Shown here: one piece after another, positions 26,129-32,000 of the stretch
Layout of the letters: each line of letters starts with the position of its first letter
Numbering within the stretch: the stretch's first letter is position 1
DNA from: Propionibacteriaceae bacterium
GTDB taxonomy: Bacteria > Actinomycetota > Actinomycetes > Propionibacteriales > Propionibacteriaceae
Reading direction: 5' to 3'
Length of the DNA stretch: 32,000 nt
Assembly: GCA_031256725.1 (NCBI GenBank)
Contig: JAIRQE010000006.1
Span: forward strand, 90,001-122,000
Translations under genes and position numbers: made by a program
The notes under the pieces: generated by a model
What the model was told of the DNA's origin: nothing
The model's input: only the letters and a program-made list of their open reading frames with translations
The model's database searches: none

Positions 26129-27592
26129 TCACTGGGAATGCGTAGTTTGAATAGCTGTTTGTCCTGTCTTCTTCACTTGATAGGCGACGAGTAGTACAGC
26201 AAGCCAAATCGGACCGATGATCACTGCGATTCTGTAACCGGGTGAGAAGCACATCATCACGACCACGAATGCCAGGAAAGCAATGACAAGGTAGTTGCTC
26301 AACGGTTGGAAGGGCAACTTGAATGAGAGTTTCGATACCTCGTCAGGGCCAATCCGTGAGCGGAACTTCAACTCGGTAACCATCACCATGATCCAGTTGA
26401 TGATTCCAGAGATGAGGGCAACAGACATCAGGTAGTTGAAGGCGAAGTCTGGCCATAGGAAAACCACGATAACTGCGATGACCGTGATGCCAGCTGAGGC
26501 GAGGATCCCTGGAATGGGTACTCCATTGCGCGCTACCTTGCCCAGGAAACGCGGAGCATTGCCTTGATGTGCGAGCGAATGCAACATGCGTCCATTGGAG
26601 TAGACGGCGGAGTTATACACCGAGAGTACTGCCGTAATGCACACGAAGTTAAGCAGAGCGGCCCCTGCTTTGAATCCTACATAGTCGAAGATCTGTACAA
26701 AGGGGCTCATCTTTCCGTTGATGGATTGCCAGGGTACGACAGCCATAATGATGGTCAATGTACCGATGAAGAAGAGCAGGATTCTCCAGGCGATCTGGTT
26801 GATAGCCTTGGGGATCGTACGGGTGGGATTATCAGCTTCGCCAGCTGTAATGGCGATCAATTCCACGCCACCAAATGAGAACATAACCACGACCATAGCC
26901 ATGACGAGGCCCACCCACGCTCCATCAATTTGACTCATGATGCCGAAGGGAAGGAAGCCACCAGTGGCAGGATCAATCAAATGATAGAAGGAGGGTACAG
27001 GGGTGCCCGGGTTATGGATCGAGGCGAAAACGATGATGAGCCCAACAACAATCATTGCCACGATGGCGAGTACCTTGATCATCGCAAACCAGAACTCAAA
27101 CTCCCCAAAGGAACGAACACCAATAAGGTTCACTGCGGTGATCAACACAAGACAGATGGTGGCAGTGGCCCATGCAGGGAAGTCAGGGAGCCAATAGTTC
27201 AAGTACAACCCGACGACCGCCAATTCGACCATGGAAACAAGAATGTAGTTGAACCAATAATTCCATCCAGATACGAACCCAGCTCGGTCACTCCAGTTGG
27301 CGTACGCATGATAGGTGAAGGCGCCCGCAACAGGGGTTCGTACTGACATCTCTCCCACAGCCCGCATGACGAAGAAGATAGCAATACCTCCGAGAAGGTA
27401 GGCGATTAGGATCGCTGGCCCAGCCATACTGATGGCTTCTGCTGAACCATAGAACAGGCCAGTACCAATACACCCACCGAGGGCGATCATCTGAATATGG
27501 CGGTTTTTGAGTCGCCGATGAAGGCCAGCGGTTTCTGTGGCTGCTTCAGTATTTTCAATGACGTCGTGTGTCACATTTTCTTCATGAGACAT
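26129..27592 (-). CDS. APC-family amino-acid permease, AroP-like (probable tryptophan/aromatic amino acid importer)
   Basis: LKNRHIQMIALGGCIGTGLFYGSAEAI...FFVMRAVGEMSV closely follows the recalled E. coli AroP/PheP N-terminus. About 12 hydrophobic spans. The gene starts 9 nt downstream of tnaA. Confidence 0.85.
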   Translation of the reverse strand: MSHEENVTHDVIENTEAATETAGLHRRLKNRHIQMIALGGCIGTGLFYGSAEAISMAGPAILIAYLLGGIAIFFVMRAVGEMSVRTPVAGAFTYHAYANWSDRAGFVSGWNYWFNYILVSMVELAVVGLYLNYWLPDFPAWATATICLVLITAVNLIGVRSFGEFEFWFAMIKVLAIVAMIVVGLIIVFASIHNPGTPVPSFYHLIDPATGGFLPFGIMSQIDGAWVGLVMAMVVVMFSFGGVELIAITAGEADNPTRTIPKAINQIAWRILLFFIGTLTIIMAVVPWQSINGKMSPFVQIFDYVGFKAGAALLNFVCITAVLSVYNSAVYSNGRMLHSLAHQGNAPRFLGKVARNGVPIPGILASAGITVIAVIVVFLWPDFAFNYLMSVALISGIINWIMVMVTELKFRSRIGPDEVSKLSFKLPFQPLSNYLVIAFLAFVVVMMCFSPGYRIAVIIGPIWLAVLLVAYQVKKTGQTAIQTTHSQ

Positions 27593-27601
27593 GATATTTC
27601 C

Positions 27602-28981
27602 TTAATGCTTGACTGGTTGAAGGTGAGCGGTGAAATGTCGGAGAACCCTGGGTTCCCATGTAATCTCATAGCCAGGTACCTGCTCGGCGCGGGCCTTGAT
27701 CGACTTCAATGCATCGGCGACCACATCAAGGTGGGCCTGGGTATACACGCGGCGAGGGATTGCCAAACGAGTGAACTCGGATGCTGCTTGTTGAGGTTCA
27801 CCCGTCACAGGATCACGATCCATGAGCAGTGAGCCGATATCGCATGCGCGAATTCCGGCTTCGATATAGAGTTCGATGGCTAGTGCATGGCCGGGGAATT
27901 GGTACCACGGGATGTGGGGGAGTAGCTTCCCAGCATCGATGAACACACCATGGCCGCCAACAGGTGTTTGATAGGGGATTCCTGCTTCGTCGAAGAGGCC
28001 GGCAAGGTACTGGGATTGGCCCAAGCGGTAGGCAAGATAATCCTCGTTAAGTCCCTCTTTCAGACCGATTGCTAGGGCTTCGATGTCACGCCCAGCAAGC
28101 CCGCCATAAGTGAGATACCCCTCGAATGGAATTACATTAGCTTTGATCTTTTCGACGATTTCTTCGTCGTCACGTACCCCAATGAGTCCACCCATGTTGA
28201 CGATGGCATCCTTCTTCGCACTGAGAGCATAGATGTCTCCATAGGAGAAGGTTTCTCGTGTGATGTCCGTGATAGTGGAGGTACGAAATTCGACTTCGCG
28301 CTGTTTGACAAACATAGCATTCTCAGCGAATCGAGCTGCATCAATGACGATGAGCAAGCCATAATAGTCGGCCAGTTCACGTACCTCACGCATGTTGGCC
28401 ACGGAAACAGGCTGGCCTCCTACAGTGTTATTGGTGATAGTCATGACTATCCCTGCAATGTTCTCGACCCCATGGGTGTTGATAAAGGTACGCATAGCCC
28501 GAACGTCAGCATTGCCCTTGAAATCGGCATAGGTTGTCGTATCCAGACCCTCGGCACATACCAGGTCTATGGGGCGTCCACCAGCGAGGCCAACATGACC
28601 TCGTGTGGTATCAAAGAAGGTGTTGGAGAGCCAGTATTGCCCTGGCTTGGTCAGCGCAGGAAAGAGCACCTTTTCGGCTGCGCGCCCCTGATGTACAGGT
28701 TGGTTGTAGGCGTATCCGAAGATCTCCTTGGTGGCCTCCATCAGATGGAAATAGCTGCGGGCCCCTGAATAGGATTCGTCTCCCACCATGATTCCTGCCC
28801 ATTGGGTGTGGCTCATTGCTCCTGTACCGGAGTCGGTCTGCAGATCGATGTACACGTCTTCTGCGCGAAGTGAAAACCCGTTATAAAAGGCATCTTTAAT
28901 GGTTTGTTCGCGGTATTCCCTGGTGGTCATACGGATAGGTTCGACCATTTTGATTTTGAAAGGTTCGGCGATGTATTTCAT
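27602..28981 (-). CDS. tnaA: tryptophanase (tryptophan indole-lyase)
   Basis: Beta-eliminating lyase family. Matches recalled E. coli TnaA rather than tyrosine phenol-lyase at diagnostic stretches: [42 protein letters not shown] (PLP Lys), [22 protein letters not shown]. Confidence 0.88.
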   Translation of the reverse strand: MKYIAEPFKIKMVEPIRMTTREYREQTIKDAFYNGFSLRAEDVYIDLQTDSGTGAMSHTQWAGIMVGDESYSGARSYFHLMEATKEIFGYAYNQPVHQGRAAEKVLFPALTKPGQYWLSNTFFDTTRGHVGLAGGRPIDLVCAEGLDTTTYADFKGNADVRAMRTFINTHGVENIAGIVMTITNNTVGGQPVSVANMREVRELADYYGLLIVIDAARFAENAMFVKQREVEFRTSTITDITRETFSYGDIYALSAKKDAIVNMGGLIGVRDDEEIVEKIKANVIPFEGYLTYGGLAGRDIEALAIGLKEGLNEDYLAYRLGQSQYLAGLFDEAGIPYQTPVGGHGVFIDAGKLLPHIPWYQFPGHALAIELYIEAGIRACDIGSLLMDRDPVTGEPQQAASEFTRLAIPRRVYTQAHLDVVADALKSIKARAEQVPGYEITWEPRVLRHFTAHLQPVKH

Positions 28982-29111
28982 CTCAAGCTCCTCGTTGAAT
29001 GCGAATGCCGACGCTTCTTAGACGACACTCAATACTTCACGAGCACTGAACTACCCATGTCGCTTGGTACTCGTGGCAGCAAGTGGTTCGTTCACCATGT
29101 CAGCAATATCG

Positions 29112-29139
29112 ATCTTATACGAAATGTTGAAAGAGTCAA
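29112..29139 (-). promoter_or_regulatory. candidate promoter for the tnaA operon
   Basis: Minus-strand TTGACT (29139-29134), a 16-nt spacer, then TAAGAT (29117-29112), about 125 nt upstream of the tnaA ATG. Sequence match only. Confidence 0.3.
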
Positions 29140-29221
29140 CAGATAGTTAAACAGTACTTTGGTTGGGGGGAGGGCAGGCAACACTGGAAACAATGTGGGG
29201 AGATTGTGGCGAAAAGGTTGG

Positions 29222-29263
29222 GTGAAAAAGGTGGGACCCCGCCCATATCCGAGACGGGGTCCC
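29222..29263 (-). terminator. rho-independent terminator (minus strand)
   Basis: Perfect 9-bp GC-rich stem GGGACCCCG / CGGGGTCCC (29233-29241 and 29255-29263) with a 13-nt loop. On the minus strand it is followed by ACCUUUUUC. Confidence 0.7.
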
Positions 29264-29536
29264 TATGATCGCTCATGGTGGTTGCCGAGACCACTGTTGG
29301 TGAGGATCATCCTCATAGTCGCCCGTCTTTCCTCTAGATCATTGCCCCGATTTCTTTGTATAAACCTCGAAGGTTTCGAGGGGCAAGCGGGATTTGAATC
29401 CGTGTCTGGCGATTTCAGTCGCCACTCATCGATGCCCCGCGAGCGGAATGCTGAATCTTTAGCCCGAGTCTTAATCTGATGACGCTGCCTTTATCATGTT
29501 GGGCTACCACCCCGAGGATTGGTACTGGTGTATTCG

Positions 29537-29562
29537 TGGGGTGGATCGGTCTCGAACCGACA
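29537..29562 (-). other. tRNA-like 3' end (T-arm plus acceptor strand) with no recognisable 5' half upstream
   Basis: In the minus sense: GTCGG-TTCGAGA-CCGAT-CCACCCC-A. This gives a canonical T-loop TTCRANN with a G53:C61 closing pair. No CCA is encoded. I could not fold a cloverleaf from the about 120 nt upstream. Confidence 0.45.
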
Positions 29563-29680
29563 CTGCCATGCCTTAGTCAGCGTGAGCCTCACTTTCAGCT
29601 TGTGCTCCACTCGGCGGTGATAGTACATGCTTTTGGCCACCTCATCCTCGACCCCACCAGGGATTACCAACCCCACACCC

Positions 29681-29723
29681 AAAAACAACAAACCAGCGAA
29701 CCCGCAATCTGAGGGTTCACCGG
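29681..29723 (-). terminator. rho-independent terminator (minus strand), downstream of the tRNA-Pro-like fragment
   Basis: In the minus sense: CCGGUGAACCC, a 9-nt loop, then GGGUUCGCUGG (11 bp including two G:U pairs), followed by UUUGUUGUUUUU. Confidence 0.55.
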
Positions 29724-29751
29724 TTTCCTATGTCCCGAGACATCACATCTG

Positions 29752-29786
29752 TCGGGTTGACAGGATTTGAACCTGCGACCCCTTGA
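29752..29786 (-). pseudogene. 3' fragment of a tRNA-Pro-like gene (variable loop, T-arm, acceptor strand); candidate att site
   Basis: In the minus sense: AAGGGGTC-GCAGG-TTCAAAT-CCTGT-CAACCCG-A. This closely matches the 3' third of recalled bacterial tRNA-Pro (..GGGGTCGGAGGTTCGAATCCTCT..). The sequence upstream gives no anticodon arm, D arm or complementary CGGGTTG strand. Confidence 0.55.
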
Positions 29787-30035
29787 ACAATGTAGGTTGT
29801 TTGCGATTAGGGCTGGTTAGTGGCCAGTTTCCTTGGGTTGACTTGGGAGAACAGTTGTACTCCTTGGCTCAAGTATAGCCGATCAGTTTGGGACATCTAT
29901 GGTCCGTTTGGAAGGGTTTTTGATGGGTTTTCGATGACCTGAAGTAGTACGAGTCTCGACTCACTCCACCCGCGTCTTCACAAGTATCCACCCAAGCTTG
30001 CGGTAGAATTGAAAGCCAGAAAGGAGGAATCGACC

Positions 30036-30224
30036 ATGGTAACTGTTATGACTGAAGAGCAGGTTGATGAAGCCATCCTCCTTTCGGATGCGGCACTCGC
30101 GGCGGCTGGACATTCATACCATGACGCGGCCAACGAAGCCGACCTACGTGAAGCACTGCGGGGGCGAATGACTTTCGATGAGGTGGTTCGTCGTGGCATC
30201 GAGCGGATACAGCACGGTGAGTGA
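30036..30224 (+). CDS. VbhA-like small antitoxin-type protein (partner of the Fic protein)
   Basis: AAGGAGG (30021-30027) precedes ATG 30036. The C-terminal half (LRGRMTFDEVVRRGIERI) aligns residue-for-residue with recalled VbhA (VVGELETSDVIKDLMERI). The stop overlaps the Fic GTG (GTGAGTGA). Confidence 0.55.
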   Translation: MVTVMTEEQVDEAILLSDAALAAAGHSYHDAANEADLREALRGRMTFDEVVRRGIERIQHGE

Positions 30225-30966
30225 GTTTTCCAACTGGGAGAGTTACTTCTGGCCTGGTACATCTGTTCTGAAAAATCTGGCAAACGAAGGAAATCAGCCT
30301 ATTCTCACAGACCTTGAACTCATGGCAACCAGGGTTCGAGGAGCCGAAATCGCGTCTCACCCCATTAAAGGCGACTTTGACTTGGCGCATCTATGCGAAA
30401 TCCACCACCATCTATTCCAAGATATCTATGAATGGGCTGGTCAACTGCGTACTGCTCCAGCATTTCCGGTGGCCATGTTCAAGGGTGGACCGTCACCAGA
30501 ATCCATTGCTCACGGCGTATTTGATGCAGACGATAAACACCCCTATCGATACTTCCCAGCAGGCGAAGCGATGGAATCCCACCTTAAGGATTGGTTCGCC
30601 AGGCTAAATCAGATTCGCGGTGAAGCTCTAGATGCAGCAGCATTCGCTTCATCCCTTGCAGAACCTTGGGGAGAAATCAACGCAGCTCATCCTTTTCGAG
30701 AAGGAAACACCCGAGCACAGGTCTTCTTCTTTGCTCAGTTTGCAGCAGAGGAGGGACACTTCCTGGACTACGAGCGCTTCGCAACAGATGAGTACTTCCG
30801 TTTGAAGTTCAATGCTGGTCGCTTTCTCATCCAGCATGACACCGATACATCTCTCTTGACCGAAGCCCTTGAACTAATCATCGACCGACGGATGACAGGC
30901 AAACCTCGAAGCTATGGTGGGATGCTCCCTGCATATGAACCTCATTACATTTCTGAGAGTGACTAA
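30217..30966 (+). CDS. Fic/DOC family protein with a variant Fic motif
   Basis: N-terminal YFWPGTSVLKN, then LCEIHHHLFQDIYEWAGQLR, and the Fic motif HPFREGNTRAQV. The start is either GTG 30217 (coupled to the antitoxin stop) or ATG 30178. Confidence 0.8.
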   Translation: MSEFSNWESYFWPGTSVLKNLANEGNQPILTDLELMATRVRGAEIASHPIKGDFDLAHLCEIHHHLFQDIYEWAGQLRTAPAFPVAMFKGGPSPESIAHGVFDADDKHPYRYFPAGEAMESHLKDWFARLNQIRGEALDAAAFASSLAEPWGEINAAHPFREGNTRAQVFFFAQFAAEEGHFLDYERFATDEYFRLKFNAGRFLIQHDTDTSLLTEALELIIDRRMTGKPRSYGGMLPAYEPHYISESD

Positions 30967-31057
30967 GGAAACTGGAAATGGCACCGATGGGCCATCAGTC
31001 TTCAGGTGGCATCACTGTCAAGGACAGCATTCCCGACTCTTGATTATTACGTGCAGC

Positions 31058-31234
31058 CTAAATCAGCACTGTTCGCTTTCTAGCCCTTTCCTTCTCCTGA
31101 TAAGAAAGCCAGCAACGTCTTCCCATCTCCCTGAATGCGGTCTCTAGATGAGTAAAGAACTCCTCTGCTTGGATGACCTCTTGAGGCTTAGGCATGTATG
31201 TCTTATCGTGTCGTTGAATCTCTTGCACTGGCAT
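31058..31234 (-). CDS. hypothetical small protein
   Basis: 58-codon ORF with GGAAGGA 6 nt before ATG 31234. I recognise no motif. Confidence 0.3.
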   Translation of the reverse strand: MPVQEIQRHDKTYMPKPQEVIQAEEFFTHLETAFREMGRRCWLSYQEKERARKRTVLI

Positions 31235-31491
31235 AATGATTCCTTCCTGGCTCAAGCATATTCGAAATAATCGAAAACCAAGTCACTTTAAAGAGACGAG
31301 TTCTCATGACTCGTATGGAGTAGGTCACGAAGAAACTGAGCCCAGTTCGTTCCATGTGAACCAGGTGATTGTTGACTGAAGAAAGTGATCAATCTGTAAA
31401 TGAGAATTTTTCTCCTTTAGTTGTACTATACGTCTATTCTGAGTAGACTCATGAGAAGAAATCTGAAGTTTTTCCTCGTTTGGAGGGTTCA

Positions 31492-32000
31492 ATGTTAGTG
31501 AACTTTACAGTGGAGAATTGGCGATCATTCCGTGACCCCACTTCTTTGTCTATGATTGCCACACGTGAGAAGAACCATGGACGTCGCCTAACCAAAATAG
31601 TGAAGCATAAAATGCGACTGCTGCCAGTTGCGGCGATTTATGGGGGAAACGCTTCTGGGAAGACTGGCCTGATCGAGGCGATGTCTTTTGCTCAGATGAT
31701 CATTCTTCGATCAGAAAAATCAGATCGCCCTATCCCCGCAGAGCCGTTTCTGCTCAACTCTGAGTCTAAAGAAAGTCCTAGTCGCTTTTCTTTCACTTTT
31801 TTGGCCGATGATCGACTATTCGAGTACGAGTTCTCCTGCACACTGAGAACGATCATTTACGAACAACTAACTGAATTTCTTGGGGCACGTAAGCGGGTTT
31901 TCTTTGTTCGCAATAACGATAAAGTGATCATAGATACTACATTGCCCGACGCAGAGCGTCTTCAGTTTGCCTTTTTGGGAACAAATCAGAATCAGCTATT
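31492..32000 (+). CDS. AAA/ABC-type ATPase (AAA_15/AAA_21-like), 5' part; continues beyond the window
   Basis: GGAGGG ribosome-binding site 4 nt before the ATG. The frame stays open to the window end. The N-terminus FTVENWRSFRD ... AAIYGGNASGKTGLIEAMSF (Walker A) is typical of ATPase components of abortive-infection/defence loci. This gene is absent from the ORF track because no stop lies in the window. Confidence 0.65.
   Translation, partial: MLVNFTVENWRSFRDPTSLSMIATREKNHGRRLTKIVKHKMRLLPVAAIYGGNASGKTGLIEAMSFAQMIILRSEKSDRPIPAEPFLLNSESKESPSRFSFTFLADDRLFEYEFSCTLRTIIYEQLTEFLGARKRVFFVRNNDKVIIDTTLPDAERLQFAFLGTNQNQL

Larger units (their letters stand above)
29752..32000. mobile_element. putative integrated genomic island, distal end; continues beyond the window
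   Basis: It begins at the orphan tRNA 3' fragment. The sequence is visibly AT-richer from about 31000. Cargo is typical of islands: a Fic toxin-antitoxin-like pair, a small orphan ORF, and an AAA ATPase of the defence-associated type. No integrase is visible in the window. Confidence 0.4.

Noticed and set aside
29051-29098. A TnaC-like leader peptide upstream of tnaA: a minus-strand uORF encoding MVNEPLAATSTKRHG, plus a second 9-codon uORF.
   Set aside because: Neither uORF contains a Trp codon, and neither resembles the TnaC stalling motif. They are probably chance ORFs in the 5' UTR.
29318-29335. RNase P RNA, because the minus strand reads AGAGGAAAGACGGGCGAC, which resembles the CR-I motif GAGGAAAGTCCGGGC.
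   Set aside because: The motif lies near the 3' end of the terminator-bounded unit rather than near the 5' end. None of the other conserved RNase P blocks, such as ACAGAAxCCGGCUUA, is present.
29270-29680. tmRNA (ssrA), including a two-piece/permuted form. This was suggested by the size of about 400 nt, by a T-arm plus acceptor 3' strand lying upstream of a GGGG-starting 5' strand, and by the terminal hairpin.
   Set aside because: The acceptor stem would have G3:C70 instead of the G3:U70 alanine identity pair. No CCA is encoded. No GGxTTCGAC-type D-loop analogue follows the 5' strand. I found no tag reading frame ending in hydrophobic/Ala-Ala residues. The idea is kept only as something for ARAGORN to exclude.
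29159-29712. Tracked ORFs 29159-29479 (+), 29479-29712 (+) and 29494-29691 (-) in the tnaA-island spacer.
   Set aside because: They translate hairpin-rich, tRNA-like DNA (for example GWIGLEPT from a T-arm). They lack ribosome-binding sites and span two terminators.
1-32000. CRISPR arrays, rRNA genes, intact tRNA genes, insertion-sequence transposases or integrases.
   Set aside because: I could see no regularly spaced direct repeats, no rRNA-like sequence, no foldable complete cloverleaf, and no transposase or integrase motifs in any ORF of the window.

Overview
The window reads as a compact actinobacterial chromosome segment of moderate GC content, with many overlapping start and stop codons. 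All calls come from by-eye motif reading of the supplied ORF track and sequence; no searches were run.

The housekeeping backbone is: lplA fragment, DEAD-box helicase, Cu-ATPase, mgsA, GNAT, metH, trmI ... prcB, prcA, tyrA, cmk, der. In the Mycobacterium-type arrangement, arc/mpa, dop and pup lie between trmI and prcB. Here that interval holds about 10 kb of other genes instead:
- A translationally coupled MurT-like ligase, GatD-like protein and Orn/Lys/Ala-type racemase operon. The glutaminase catalytic residues appear to be missing.
- A visibly AT-richer patch with a lipoprotein gene and a (TC)10 microsatellite.
- A PadR plus membrane-protein pair.
- A tightly packed five-gene minus-strand operon: TerY-like vWA protein, PP2C phosphatase, atypical kinase-like protein, an ABC ATPase with two FHA-like modules, and an ABC-2 permease. 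It is transcribed divergently from prcB.

Downstream of der lies a tnaA (tryptophanase), AroP-like permease, ridA and YheO-like regulator cluster. After it comes a roughly 500-bp non-coding stretch with two intrinsic terminators and scrambled tRNA-like pieces. This is followed by a tRNA-Pro-like 3' fragment that looks like an att site. To its right is an AT-richer segment with a VbhA-like/Fic pair and a truncated AAA ATPase, probably a genomic island.

I rate the vWA-PP2C-kinase-FHA/ABC operon and the glutaminase-dead MurT/GatD-like plus racemase operon as the best candidates for undescribed systems.
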